Assembly (NCBI GenBank): GCA_029262335.1
Contig: JAJCZQ010000048.1
Span: forward strand, 3,844 to 67,843
Reading direction: 5' to 3'
DNA from: Deltaproteobacteria bacterium
GTDB lineage: Bacteria > Desulfobacterota_D > UBA1144 > Nemesobacterales > JAJCZQ01
Length of the DNA: 64,000 nucleotides
Of this stretch, positions 1 through 10,299 are shown one piece after another. How positions within the stretch are numbered: position 1 is the stretch's first letter; each line of letters opens with the position of its first letter. The notes beneath the pieces are model-generated. The model worked only from the letters and a program-made list of their open reading frames with translations, made no database searches and was not told the DNA's origin. A program made the translations under genes and the position numbers.

Positions 1-310
1 AATACAGGATTACGTTGAAGATAACGGTTTTAGTGTTGTTAAATCATTTGTTGGTCACGGAATCGGTAAAAATCTTCATGAAGAACCACAGGTGCCAAAT
101 TTTGTTTCAGAAATGTCCCAGCTGGGTACAAGCCTCAAAAGCGGGATGGTACTGGCAATAGAACCAATGGTAAACCTGGGTGTTGCAGAAGTAAAAATTT
201 TAAATGATGGCTGGACTGCTGTAACAGCAGATGGTAAACTTTCAGCTCATTTTGAACATACGGTGGCTATTACGGATAATGGCCCCGAAGTTTTAACAAG
301 GTTAAATTAA
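1..310 (+). CDS. map: Type I methionine aminopeptidase, 3' part (5' end outside window)
   Basis: Frame open from nt 2: [33 protein letters not shown]...AIEPMVN...[11 protein letters not shown], the MetAP metal-binding motifs; lies upstream of infA. Confidence 0.97.
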   Translation, partial: IQDYVEDNGFSVVKSFVGHGIGKNLHEEPQVPNFVSEMSQLGTSLKSGMVLAIEPMVNLGVAEVKILNDGWTAVTADGKLSAHFEHTVAITDNGPEVLTRLN

Positions 311-327
311 TAATTTTTGGGGTGTAA

Positions 328-549
328 ATGCCAAAGGAAGAAAGACTAGAATTTGAAGGAACAATATTAGAAGCACTGCCTAATGCTATGTTCAGGGTAG
401 AAATTGATAATGGTCATGTAATATTGGCATATGTATCCGGTAAAATGAGGACAAGATTTATTAGAATACTTCCTGGAGATAAGGTTCAACTAGAACTTTC
501 TCCTTATGATTTAACAAAAGGAAGAATAACGTACAGACTAAAAAAATAG
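328..549 (+). CDS. infA: Translation initiation factor IF-1
   Basis: [11 protein letters not shown]...SGKMR...IRILPGDKV...[13 protein letters not shown] signature. Confidence 0.98.
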   Translation: MPKEERLEFEGTILEALPNAMFRVEIDNGHVILAYVSGKMRTRFIRILPGDKVQLELSPYDLTKGRITYRLKK

Positions 550-565
550 TAGGCTGGAGAATGTT

Positions 566-679
566 GTGAAGGTTAGAGCATCTGTTAAAAAGATTTGTGA
601 TAAATGTAAGATTATTAAGAGAAAAGGTGTAATCAGAGTGATTTGTGTTATTAAAAAACACAAACAAAGGCAAGGGTAG
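566..679 (+). CDS. rpmJ: 50S ribosomal protein L36 (Zn-binding form); not in ORF track
   Basis: Hand translation from GTG 566 to TAG 679: [41 protein letters not shown] upstream; expected position between infA and rpsM. Confidence 0.97.
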   Translation: MKVRASVKKICDKCKIIKRKGVIRVICVIKKHKQRQG

Positions 680-699
680 TATAAGGAGGATTTTAATTT

Positions 700-1080
700 A
701 TGCCTAGGATTGCTGGAGTTGACATACCGCTAAATAAAAGAATTGAAGTAGGCCTCACCTATATTTATGGTGTTGGGCGTAAAACTTCGATTGATATTCT
801 AAATTCAGCTGCAATTGATGTTAGTAAGAGGTCAAAAGACCTTGATGATAATGAAGTTGCAAAATTAAGAGAAGTTATAGAAAACCAATACACTGTAGAA
901 GGTGATTTAAGAAAAGAGATACAGGGTAATATTAGAAGACTTGTTGAAATTGGGTGTTACAGAGGAGTTAGACACAGAATGGGATTACCTGTCAGGGGTC
1001 AATGTTCAAAATCCAATGCAAGAACAAGGAAAGGCCCAAGAGGCACTGCAATAGCAAAGAAAAAGAAAGTAGGTAAGTAG
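700..1080 (+). CDS. rpsM: 30S ribosomal protein S13
   Basis: [47 protein letters not shown]. Confidence 0.98.
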   Translation: MPRIAGVDIPLNKRIEVGLTYIYGVGRKTSIDILNSAAIDVSKRSKDLDDNEVAKLREVIENQYTVEGDLRKEIQGNIRRLVEIGCYRGVRHRMGLPVRGQCSKSNARTRKGPRGTAIAKKKKVGK

Positions 1081-1092
1081 AGCGGAGTTATA

Positions 1093-1479
1093 ATGGCTAA
1101 GAAAAAAGTAAGTCGTAAAAAAGTTAAGAAATTTGTTGAAGAAGGTGTCGTAAATATAAGGGCAACCTTCAATAATACAATAGTTTCTGTTAGTGATACT
1201 AATGGTAATGTATTATCGTGGTCAAGTGGTGGTGTTAAAGGGTTTAAAGGTACAAGGAAAGGAACCCCTTTTGCTGCACAGATAGCGGCCGAAGATGCTG
1301 CAAAGAAAGCAGCTACAATGGGCATGAAAACTGTAAAGGTTTTTGTTAAAGGGCCAGGGCCGGGAAGAGAACCAGCTATTCGTTCGCTTCAGGCTTCAGG
1401 ACTAAAAATATCATTTATAAGAGATATTACACCTATACCCCATAATGGTTGCAGGCCACCAGGAAGAAGGAGAGTTTAG
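1093..1479 (+). CDS. rpsK: 30S ribosomal protein S11
   Basis: [36 protein letters not shown]. Confidence 0.98.
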   Translation: MAKKKVSRKKVKKFVEEGVVNIRATFNNTIVSVSDTNGNVLSWSSGGVKGFKGTRKGTPFAAQIAAEDAAKKAATMGMKTVKVFVKGPGPGREPAIRSLQASGLKISFIRDITPIPHNGCRPPGRRRV

Positions 1480-1542
1480 TTAATAATGATTACTAAAATG
1501 TTTATTTACGATTGCATCAAGTATCAGGAGGATGTTTTATAA

Positions 1543-2175
1543 ATGGGAAGATATACAGGACCTACAGACAGGCTGTCTAAGAGAGAAGGTACTAACCTTT
1601 TTCTTAAAGGTGAGCGCAGCTATAATGGTAAATCATCGATTGATGCAAAAGCAAATCAACCACCCGGTGTTCACGGACAGAGAAGATCTAAATTCTCTGA
1701 ATATGGACTTAGACTCAGGGAAAAACAAAAAGTAAAAAGAAGTTATGGTTTAAGAGAAAATCAGTTTAAAAGATATTTTGAAAAAGCATCTAGAATGAAA
1801 GGCGTTACGGGCTCACTTCTTATTGTTTTACTTGAAAGAAGACTTGATAACGTAGTTTACAGACTTGGTTTTGGAAGTTCTCGCAGTGATTCAAGACAAC
1901 TTGTTGGACATAAACATATACTTGTCAACGGAAGTGTATTAAATATACCTTCTTACCAGGTTGAAGCAGGAGATGTAATTGAAATCAGAGAAAAAAGCAA
2001 AAAACTAGGCAGAATTAATCAGGCCCTTCAGCTACTTGAAAGAAAACCAGTGCCGGATTGGTTGCAACATGATATTGATAACTATAAAGGTGTAGTCAGC
2101 AGGTTACCCGAAAGAGAGGATGTAACATTTCCTATCGAAGAGCAATTAATCGTTGAGTTTTATTCAAGAGTATAA
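1543..2175 (+). CDS. rpsD: 30S ribosomal protein S4 (Cys-free N-terminus)
   Basis: LREKQKVKRSYG, LERRLDNVVYRLGF, IVEFYSR; alpha-operon position. Confidence 0.98.
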   Translation: MGRYTGPTDRLSKREGTNLFLKGERSYNGKSSIDAKANQPPGVHGQRRSKFSEYGLRLREKQKVKRSYGLRENQFKRYFEKASRMKGVTGSLLIVLLERRLDNVVYRLGFGSSRSDSRQLVGHKHILVNGSVLNIPSYQVEAGDVIEIREKSKKLGRINQALQLLERKPVPDWLQHDIDNYKGVVSRLPEREDVTFPIEEQLIVEFYSRV

Positions 2176-2197
2176 TTTATTTTAGGGGATTAATAAT

Positions 2198-3283
2198 ATG
2201 GAACAGCAGATTGAAGAAAATATAGAAGAAGTAATTACAAAAGAATTTCAGAAGAACTGGAAAGACCTTATACATCCAAGAAGGCTTGAAAAAGATGAAA
2301 GAGTCTCGAATGATTTGTATGGAAAATTCGTTTGTGAACCACTGGAAAGAGGTTATGGGGTTACTTTAGGTAATGCTCTTAGAAGAGTATTACTTTCTTC
2401 AATTCAGGGGCCGGCAATAACATCTGTAAAAATTGATGGTGTACTTCACGAATTTTCAACAATTCCCGGTGTTAAAGAAGATGTAACGGAAATTATATTA
2501 AATCTAAAAAGTTTAAATCTTGAAATGCATACATTTCAGCCCCAGACATTAACTCTTAAATTTGATGGACCGGGCTCAGTTACAGCTGCAAATATTGAAG
2601 AAAATCATCAGGTTACTGTCATCAATACAGATCAGCATATAGCTACAGTTGCAGAAGGCGGAAAAGTTGAAATGGAAATGACTGTAGAAATGGGAAGCGG
2701 ATATGAATCTGTTGAAAGACGTGGTGATCAACAAAAAAGTATAGGCACAATACCTATTGATGCTTTGTTTTCACCTATCAGAAAAGTTAATTATACAATA
2801 ACAAATTCAAGGGTAGGAAGAAGAACTGATTATGAGAAGCTTACACTTGAAATCTGGACAAACGGTACAATATTGACAGAAGATGCACTGGCTTACAGTG
2901 CTAAAATTATTAAACAACAACTAAGTATTTTTATAAATTTTGATGAATCATTATTTGAAGAAGAAGAAATTATTGAAGAAAATCAGGATATAAAAGGTAA
3001 TGAAGATGTACTTTTCACACATGTAGAAGATATAGATCTGTCTGCAAGGTCATTGAATTGCCTTAGAAGAGCAAATATTGTTTATTTTGGTGAACTTATA
3101 CAGAATACTGAAGAAGAACTGTTAAACCTGGAAAATTTTGGTAAAAGGTCGTTAGTTGAAATAAGGGAAAAGCTTGTTGAAATGCAGTTTGAGCTTGGAA
3201 CTGACATCAATTCAGAAGTATTCGAAAAAGAAAAAGAAAGAAGATCTACTGCTAAGATTAGTGAAGAAGAGGAATCAGAGTAG
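2198..3283 (+). CDS. rpoA: RNA polymerase alpha subunit
   Basis: EPLERGYGVTLGNALRRVLLSS, HEFSTIPGVKEDV, alpha-CTD LSARSLNCL...NFGKRSL. Confidence 0.98.
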   Translation: MEQQIEENIEEVITKEFQKNWKDLIHPRRLEKDERVSNDLYGKFVCEPLERGYGVTLGNALRRVLLSSIQGPAITSVKIDGVLHEFSTIPGVKEDVTEIILNLKSLNLEMHTFQPQTLTLKFDGPGSVTAANIEENHQVTVINTDQHIATVAEGGKVEMEMTVEMGSGYESVERRGDQQKSIGTIPIDALFSPIRKVNYTITNSRVGRRTDYEKLTLEIWTNGTILTEDALAYSAKIIKQQLSIFINFDESLFEEEEIIEENQDIKGNEDVLFTHVEDIDLSARSLNCLRRANIVYFGELIQNTEEELLNLENFGKRSLVEIREKLVEMQFELGTDINSEVFEKEKERRSTAKISEEEESE

Positions 3284-3304
3284 TAAAGTTTTAGGAGATA
3301 TCAG

Positions 3305-4126
3305 ATGAGACATAAGAGGGTAGGAAGAAAATTAGGTGTAGTTTCTAAACACAGAAGAGCAATGTTCAGAAACATGGCAACAGACCTGTTCAGACATGAA
3401 AGCATAACTACTACTGATGCACGTGCAAAAGAGATTAGAAGAGTTGCCGAAAAGATGATTACACTGGCCAAAAAAGGAACTTTACAGGCAAGACGTCAGG
3501 CAGCAGCATTTATTAAAGATAAAGATGTATTAAAAAAACTTTTCAGTGAAATAGCTGAAAAATGTAAAGACAGACCTGGTGGATATACCAGAATTATAAA
3601 AATGGGTTACAGAAGAGGCGATAATGCAGCCCTTTCCATGATTGAAATAGTTCAGGAAGAATATAAAGCTAAAAAGAAAAAGAAGAAACCAGCAAAAAAG
3701 AGTACCGAAACTAAATCAACAGAGAGCAGCAGTAAAAAAAGTACAAAAAAAGAGTCTGCTGAAGAGCTTGGTCTTATTGAAGATGCAGCTAAAGGTGCAG
3801 TTGCAACTGAAGCTGTTGCAGAAGGTGTAGATGAAGTAACTCCTGAAACAGAAGCAGAAGCAAAAACAGATTCTCCCGAAGCTAAAGAAGAAATTAAAGC
3901 AGATGAAATTCAGGATAAAACTGAAGCCAAAACAGAAACTGATACACAAGAAACAGAAGAGATAAAAGCTGAGGCTGAAACAAAACCAGAAGAAGAGCCT
4001 GAAGCTAAATCTGAATCTAAAGAAGAAAGTGTAACCGAGCAACCCGAAGCTAAAACTGAAGAAAGTTCTAACAGCGATGAAGTTGCACCTGCTGATGAAA
4101 AAAAAGAAGATAAAAGTAAAGAATAA
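3305..4126 (+). CDS. rplQ: 50S ribosomal protein L17 with long low-complexity C-terminal extension
   Basis: [11 protein letters not shown]...HRRAMFRNM...[19 protein letters not shown] in the first ~117 aa, then a Lys-rich and an acidic tail. Confidence 0.97.
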   Translation: MRHKRVGRKLGVVSKHRRAMFRNMATDLFRHESITTTDARAKEIRRVAEKMITLAKKGTLQARRQAAAFIKDKDVLKKLFSEIAEKCKDRPGGYTRIIKMGYRRGDNAALSMIEIVQEEYKAKKKKKKPAKKSTETKSTESSSKKSTKKESAEELGLIEDAAKGAVATEAVAEGVDEVTPETEAEAKTDSPEAKEEIKADEIQDKTEAKTETDTQETEEIKAEAETKPEEEPEAKSESKEESVTEQPEAKTEESSNSDEVAPADEKKEDKSKE

Positions 4127-4179
4127 TTTTAAAATTTCTTTAATTTACTTCTCAAATCTAATCAAAATTACTAAGATCA

Positions 4180-5190
4180 ATGCATAATACCGGACTTATA
4201 CTGGATGCAGAATATTTAGTTGATCTTAAAAAACTTTCCATTGATGCTGAAAATGCCGGTTTCCATTCAATATGGTCCACAGAACTTTACCGAACAGCGT
4301 TTCAGCAAATCTCAGCTACCATTCATGATACTAGTAAAATTAATCTTGGTACTGCCGTATCACTGGCATTTACACGTTCCCCGCTTATTACTGCACTCAA
4401 TTCCCTAGATATAGACGAATTATCCAATGGAAGGTTTATACTGGGTCTTGGTACGGGTGCAAAATATACTAATGAAAAATATCATGGAGTAAGCTACGGT
4501 AAACCTGTAAAAAGAATTAAGGAATGTATTCAAATAATAAGACATTTTATTTCTTCTGCACATAAAGATACAGATTATGAATTTAATGGTGAATACTACA
4601 AGATTAAAACAAAAGGTTATAAAAGGGCTTTTGTACCTGTAAAAAATAGTATTGAAATTTATCTTGCAGGTATTGGTGAAAAGATGATCCAGACATCAGC
4701 AGAAATTGCTGATGGATATATTGGACATGTTGTTTGCAGTAAAGAATATCTTAAGGATGTAGTTATCCCTTCGCTTAATAAAGGATTTAGTATTTCGAAC
4801 AGATATGATGATTTTGTTGTATCATCTATAATTACCTGTGCTGTTTCAGATGATATAGAAAAAGCTGTTAACGATGCAAAAGCAACTATAGGTTTTTATG
4901 CAACTGTCAAAACATATAAAGACCCTTTTCTGTTACACGGGTTTGAAGAAAATCTCTCTAAAATAAGATCAGCATATTTTGATAATGATATAAGAGCCAT
5001 GATCGCTTCAGTCCCCGACAGAATGGTAGATATTTTTGCAATAGTTGGCAGCAGTCAGCACTGTGCTGAACAGATAGACATATACAGAGAAATAATTGAT
5101 TTGCCGATTCTTAGTGTGCCACATTATTTTATCAATTATCAGGATGTGTCACTATATCAAAAAAAATTAATCGAACTATTTAATAGATAA
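4180..5190 (+). CDS. Luciferase-like monooxygenase (LLM) family flavin/F420-dependent oxidoreductase
   Basis: AENAGFHSIWSTE, LGTAVSLAFTRSP, SNGRFILGLGTG, IYLAG..M...AEIADG. Confidence 0.85.
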   Translation: MHNTGLILDAEYLVDLKKLSIDAENAGFHSIWSTELYRTAFQQISATIHDTSKINLGTAVSLAFTRSPLITALNSLDIDELSNGRFILGLGTGAKYTNEKYHGVSYGKPVKRIKECIQIIRHFISSAHKDTDYEFNGEYYKIKTKGYKRAFVPVKNSIEIYLAGIGEKMIQTSAEIADGYIGHVVCSKEYLKDVVIPSLNKGFSISNRYDDFVVSSIITCAVSDDIEKAVNDAKATIGFYATVKTYKDPFLLHGFEENLSKIRSAYFDNDIRAMIASVPDRMVDIFAIVGSSQHCAEQIDIYREIIDLPILSVPHYFINYQDVSLYQKKLIELFNR

Positions 5191-5204
5191 GATAAAATAA
5201 TATA

Positions 5205-6095
5205 ATGAAAATACTTATTACTGGTTCCAGCGGATTTATAGGCTCTAACTTAACAGATTATTTAAAAAAACAGGGCTGTCAGATTATAAAAGTTGTAAGA
5301 AAAAAAAATACTAATGCTGATGAAGTAAGCTGGAATATTGAAACTAATGAATATTTAACCAAACATTTTGAAGGTTTTGATGTATTTATAAATCTTTCAG
5401 GTGAAAATATTTTTGGATACTGGACTAAAGAAAAAAAGAAAAGAATAGTTGAAAGCAGAATTAGAACTACAAAATTATTAACTGATATTATATCAAAATT
5501 AGATTCACCTCCACATACTTTTATTTCAGCTTCAGCAATTGGATATTATGGAAACAGAGGCAATGAAATATTAAACGAAAACAGCAATAAAGGTACTGGT
5601 TTTTTTCCTGATTTAGCGCATAATTGGGAACACACAGCTAATATATTAAATAGTAAAAATGTAAGGGTTGTTAATTTAAGAATTGGACTTGTATTGTCTG
5701 AAAAAGGAGGTGCCCTTACTAAGATGCTTACTCCTTTTAGAATGGGTGTTGGAGGAAATATCGGTGATGGTGAGATGTATTGGAGCTGGATAAGCCTTCA
5801 AGACCTGCTGTCAGCAGTTCTTTTTATTATAAAAAATAATAAAATAAAAGGACCGGTAAATATAGTCTCAACAAATTCATTAAAAAATAAAGAATTTACA
5901 AAAATTCTTGGCAAAGTATTATCAAGGCCTACATTGCTTCCTGTCCCTTCATTTTTTATAAAAACCTTACTTGGGGAATTTGGAAGAGAAGCATTACTTG
6001 CCAGTACAAGGGTTGTTCCCGAGAAATTACTTAATTCCGGATATGAATTTACACATACGGATTTACAATCAACTTTATATGAAATTTTAAATTAA
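5205..6095 (+). CDS. TIGR01777/YfcH-type NAD-dependent epimerase family protein
   Basis: ITGSSGFIG, INLSGENI, SASAIGYYG, LRIGLVL..GGAL, SWISLQD, GPVN. Confidence 0.9.
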   Translation: MKILITGSSGFIGSNLTDYLKKQGCQIIKVVRKKNTNADEVSWNIETNEYLTKHFEGFDVFINLSGENIFGYWTKEKKKRIVESRIRTTKLLTDIISKLDSPPHTFISASAIGYYGNRGNEILNENSNKGTGFFPDLAHNWEHTANILNSKNVRVVNLRIGLVLSEKGGALTKMLTPFRMGVGGNIGDGEMYWSWISLQDLLSAVLFIIKNNKIKGPVNIVSTNSLKNKEFTKILGKVLSRPTLLPVPSFFIKTLLGEFGREALLASTRVVPEKLLNSGYEFTHTDLQSTLYEILN

Positions 6096-6097
6096 CA

Positions 6098-6724
6098 ATG
6101 GGAATTGATAAACAGTTTAAGTTAATGCAGTTGAGCGAAGATGATCTGATAGCTGATCCAATAAAACAGTTCGATTTATGGTACAAAGATGCGATCCGCT
6201 CAGATGTTCCATTTCCTAATTCATTTGTTTTATCTACTTCCGGTAAAAACAACGTTATCTCATCAAGAGTGCTTTTATTAAAGGACCATAGCAGTGAAGG
6301 TTTTAAATTTTATACAAATGAAAATAGTAGAAAAGGTAAGGATTTAACAGATAATAATAATGCTTCAATCTGTTTTTGGTGGGACAGGCTTGAAAGGCAG
6401 GTAAGGATAAGTGGTCCTGTAAAGATTTTAAGCAGCAAAGAATCAGATGAATATTTCAATTCAAGGCCTCGTGGTAGTCAGCTGGGAGCATGGGCATCTG
6501 ATCAAAGCGAAGAAATATCAAGCAGAAAAGTCCTGGAAGACAGCTATAAAAAGTATGATTTAAAATATAAAAATAAAATAATACCCAGGCCTGAGTACTG
6601 GAAAGGTTATATATTGGTACCGATAAATATTGAATTCTGGCAGGGAAGGGATAACAGGCTTCATGACAGGTTTCTTTATTCACTAGTAAATAAAAAATGG
6701 AGAATAAGCAGGTTAGCACCATAA
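6098..6724 (+). CDS. pdxH: Pyridoxine/pyridoxamine 5'-phosphate oxidase
   Basis: SRVLLLK, FYTN..SRKG, RPRGSQLGAWASDQS, EFWQGRDNRLHDR, RLAP end. Confidence 0.96.
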   Translation: MGIDKQFKLMQLSEDDLIADPIKQFDLWYKDAIRSDVPFPNSFVLSTSGKNNVISSRVLLLKDHSSEGFKFYTNENSRKGKDLTDNNNASICFWWDRLERQVRISGPVKILSSKESDEYFNSRPRGSQLGAWASDQSEEISSRKVLEDSYKKYDLKYKNKIIPRPEYWKGYILVPINIEFWQGRDNRLHDRFLYSLVNKKWRISRLAP

Positions 6725-6733
6725 AAATATATT

Positions 6734-8062
6734 ATGCCGGATGATAATAAACATCATGTTGTAATTGTAGGTGGAGGTTTTGGAGGGCTGTATGCAGCAA
6801 AAGAACTGGGCAAAAGAAAAGAAATCAAAGTTACACTTATTGATAAACGTAATTTTCACCTCTTTCAGCCACTCCTTTACCAGGTAGCAACAGGCGGACT
6901 ATCCCCCGGAGATATTGCATCTCCGTTACGTGCTATACTAAAAAAAAATAAAAATACAAATGTCCTAAGAGGTAAAGTAGTTGATATTGATCCCGATAAT
7001 AAACAGGTAATTATGTTTAACGGGGAAAGGATACATTTTGACAGCCTTATTATAGCAACCGGAGTTATTTATAACTATTATGGCAATGAAAAATGGCTTG
7101 GTGAATCACCTCCGCTTAAGACCATGGAAGATTCACTTGGAATAAGACACAGGATATTTCATGCCTTCGAAGAAGCAGAACGCGAAAAAAATATAGAAAA
7201 AAAGAACGAATGGAAACGATTTATTATAATCGGCGGCGGACCTACAGGTGTGGAACTTGCAGGAGCACTAGCCGAGCTTGCACATTTTACACTAAAAAAT
7301 AATTTCAGAAATTTTGACCCAACTAAAACAGAGATAATACTTGTCGAGGCAACTGACAGGATACTGCCATCTTACCCTGAGAAACTTTCCAAAAGTGCAG
7401 AAAATTCCTTAATTGGACTTGGAGTTACCATAAGGAAGAACTGTTTTGTTAATGAGATTAATAAAGATAATGTGATTATAGAAAACAAAGGGCAAACAGA
7501 ATCCATTAGTGCACAAACAGTTCTATGGGCTGCAGGGGTAAAGGCCACTAAGATAGGCAAAGTTTTAAAAGACAGGTTTAATGTTGAAAATGATAAAGTA
7601 GGGAGAGTATATGTAAACGAGGACATGACCATAAATAAAAGAAATGATGTTTATGTTTTGGGCGACCTCGCAATTTATACACACTTTGACGGTAAACCCC
7701 TCCCGGGTGTGGCTCCGGTGGCAATGCAGCAGGGTAAATATATCGCAAGAAAAATTTATAATGATATTCTTAATAAAAATACCGGACCATTTATATACAA
7801 GGAAAAAGGCAGTTTAGCTGTAATAGGGAGAAATAAAGCAGTTGCCCACCTTGGACCTTTACAGTTTAGTGGTTTTTTTGCATGGCTTATATGGATATTT
7901 ATTCATATAAGATATCTGATCGAATACGATAATAAGATAATGGTTATGCTACAGTGGGGATGGTATTACTTTACTATGAAACGCGGTGCAAGGTTAATTA
8001 CGGGTGACGACCCGTTCCCTTATGTTGATAAGGACTACTATAACCAGACTAAAGATAATTAG
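6734..8062 (+). CDS. ndh: Type II NADH dehydrogenase
   Basis: VVIVGGGFGG, HLFQPLLYQVATG, GGGPTGVELAG, PGVAPVAMQQG, GSLAVIGR. Confidence 0.92.
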   Translation: MPDDNKHHVVIVGGGFGGLYAAKELGKRKEIKVTLIDKRNFHLFQPLLYQVATGGLSPGDIASPLRAILKKNKNTNVLRGKVVDIDPDNKQVIMFNGERIHFDSLIIATGVIYNYYGNEKWLGESPPLKTMEDSLGIRHRIFHAFEEAEREKNIEKKNEWKRFIIIGGGPTGVELAGALAELAHFTLKNNFRNFDPTKTEIILVEATDRILPSYPEKLSKSAENSLIGLGVTIRKNCFVNEINKDNVIIENKGQTESISAQTVLWAAGVKATKIGKVLKDRFNVENDKVGRVYVNEDMTINKRNDVYVLGDLAIYTHFDGKPLPGVAPVAMQQGKYIARKIYNDILNKNTGPFIYKEKGSLAVIGRNKAVAHLGPLQFSGFFAWLIWIFIHIRYLIEYDNKIMVMLQWGWYYFTMKRGARLITGDDPFPYVDKDYYNQTKDN

Positions 8063-10146
8063 CCCGTTTCAGCATTGTCCAGCTTGCTATTTGATTCCGC
8101 AATTATTTTTTCTGATATATGTGGCGGTACTTCTTCATAATGGGAAAATTCCATTGTAAAACTTCCCTCGCCGCTTGTTAATGATCTTAATTCAGGTGCG
8201 TAGGTTAAGATTTCTGACATTGGTACAAGTGCATTAATACTGTGGCCTGCAGGTGAAGAATCAACACCTGCTACTCTTCCTCTTCTTGAATTAATATCTC
8301 CTATAACATCTCCCATACTGTTATCGGGTATAAAGATGTTCATATTCATAAGAGGTTCCAGTAAATATGGCTTTGCCGATTCCATTGCACTTCTGAATCC
8401 CAATGATGCTGCAATCTGGAATGCAATATCTGATGAATCTACAGGATGATGTTTACCGTCAAATACTGTAGTTTTAACATTTATTACGGGAAAACCTGCA
8501 AGAGTCCCCTTTTTTAAAGCATCCTGTACTCCTTTTTCTACAGATGGAATAAAGTTCTTTGGTATTACCCCACCTACAATCTTATTTTCAAACTGGTAAG
8601 TCTCTCCGTCTTTAATAGGTTGAATTCTTAGCTTGGCAACACCATACTGACCCCTTCCGCCAGTCTGTTTTACATATTTACCTTCTGCTTCAGATGATAA
8701 TTTGATACTTTCTTTGTAGGGGACTTTAGGTGTATGTAGGTCTACATTTACTCCATAGTTGTTTTTTAATTTATCCACAATTACTTCAATGTGCGTCTGC
8801 CCTGATCCTGATAGTAAAAATTCATTGGTCTCTTCATCCCTGTGAAAATCAATTGTTGGATCTTCTTCTATTACCTTGGCAAGAGATATATTCAGTTTGT
8901 CTTCATCTGATCTGCTATGCGGATCAATTGCAAAAGACAATACGGGTTGTGGTATTTCTAAAGGCTTAATAATTAATGGCTGATTAATATCAGAAAGAGT
9001 ATCAGTGGTATTTACATCTTTTAATTTACTTAGTGCTATTATGTCCCCGGTCTGAGCTTCTTTTATAGGGAATTCCTGCTTGCCGATAAGCCTGTTTATA
9101 TTATTTATTTTGATTTTAGATTTATTTCCTGATGACAGCAATACCTGGTCAGGTTTTACAGTCCCTGATATGACTCTTGCTATACTTAATTTTCCGGCAA
9201 AAGGATCACAAATTGTTTTAAAAACATAAACAGATACCGGTGTATCATTTGATTGTTTGATTGTAATTGGATTGTTCTCATGATCAATGGCTTTAATGTC
9301 TGAAGTATCAAGCGGTGAGGGCATTAGTTCGGTTATCTCCATAAGAAGTGAATATAAACCAAGCATTTTTTGGGATGAACCAATTAGTACAGGGTAGATT
9401 GTGGAATCTTTTACACCCTTTTTGTACATTTCTATAATTTTATCGTGATCAATATCTTCCCCGTTCAGGTATTTGACAAGGATTTCGTCATCCTGTTCTG
9501 CTATGGTTTCGAGTACCTTGTCCTTGTAGTTATTGGCAGTTTCAATCATCTCTTCCGGTATTGGTATTTCATCAAAGTTATTTCCGCCTTTATAAATAAA
9601 GGCTTTCATTTCAAAAAGGTTAATAACTCCGGTAAAATCAGGGCCCTGTCCAAGTGGTATTGTGATGGGGACAGTCTTTATTTTAAGATGATCTTCAATT
9701 CTTGCCAAAGCAGATTCAAAATTGGCTCTTTCTTTATCAATATTGTTCATAAAGATAATTCTTGGAATGTTAGCACTTGAAGCCATACTCCAGTACCTGT
9801 CAATCTGGTCTTTTGAGTCCTCTATACCATCAACAACTATAATGACACCATCCGAAACCTGAATTGCCAATTCAGCATCAAATAAGAAATTGGAGTAACC
9901 GGGTGTATCTATAAGATTTATTAGGTGACCGTTATGTTTCAGGAAAGAAACATGTGAATTAGTGGACATTTTCCTTTGTTTTTCTTCTTCCTGGTAATCT
10001 AGATTTGAAGAACCTTTGTTTACATCACCCATACTTTTGGTAGTACCCGAAATGTAAAGGAGTGCATCAGCCAAAGTTGTTTTACCGACACCATGAGGAC
10101 CTACTACTGAAATGTTCCTTACTTTACTTCTTGGAAATTCAGACAT
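8059..10146 (-). CDS. fusA2: Elongation factor G paralogue (EF-G2 type)
   Basis: EF-G domain layout (KQTGGRGQYG, IVGGVIP, HPVDSSDIAF, LLEP, DINSRRGRV) with divergent G motifs GPHGVGKTT / DTPGY / NNID; stand-alone, outside the str operon. Confidence 0.9.
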   Translation of the reverse strand: MSEFPRSKVRNISVVGPHGVGKTTLADALLYISGTTKSMGDVNKGSSNLDYQEEEKQRKMSTNSHVSFLKHNGHLINLIDTPGYSNFLFDAELAIQVSDGVIIVVDGIEDSKDQIDRYWSMASSANIPRIIFMNNIDKERANFESALARIEDHLKIKTVPITIPLGQGPDFTGVINLFEMKAFIYKGGNNFDEIPIPEEMIETANNYKDKVLETIAEQDDEILVKYLNGEDIDHDKIIEMYKKGVKDSTIYPVLIGSSQKMLGLYSLLMEITELMPSPLDTSDIKAIDHENNPITIKQSNDTPVSVYVFKTICDPFAGKLSIARVISGTVKPDQVLLSSGNKSKIKINNINRLIGKQEFPIKEAQTGDIIALSKLKDVNTTDTLSDINQPLIIKPLEIPQPVLSFAIDPHSRSDEDKLNISLAKVIEEDPTIDFHRDEETNEFLLSGSGQTHIEVIVDKLKNNYGVNVDLHTPKVPYKESIKLSSEAEGKYVKQTGGRGQYGVAKLRIQPIKDGETYQFENKIVGGVIPKNFIPSVEKGVQDALKKGTLAGFPVINVKTTVFDGKHHPVDSSDIAFQIAASLGFRSAMESAKPYLLEPLMNMNIFIPDNSMGDVIGDINSRRGRVAGVDSSPAGHSINALVPMSEILTYAPELRSLTSGEGSFTMEFSHYEEVPPHISEKIIAESNSKLDNAETG

Positions 10147-10299
10147 ATGCCACCTCGCTCACTATGTTCTATTTTCATTATAAAGTTAATTGGGGTTTGA
10201 AGTAAAGGAATATTTTTAAATTATATGTTATTATTATAAAAATTCTTTAAAGATTCTAATGACCAATTAAAAATAATTTCTTAATGTACAACTTTAAAT

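Noticed and set aside
3716..4042. 108-aa Phe/Cys-rich antisense ORF in rplQ
   Set aside because: Reverse complement of the low-complexity GAA/GCA/AAA codons of the L17 tail.
8771..8779. Perfect DnaA box TTATCCACA
   Set aside because: Single copy inside the fusA2 coding sequence; no cluster or unwinding element.
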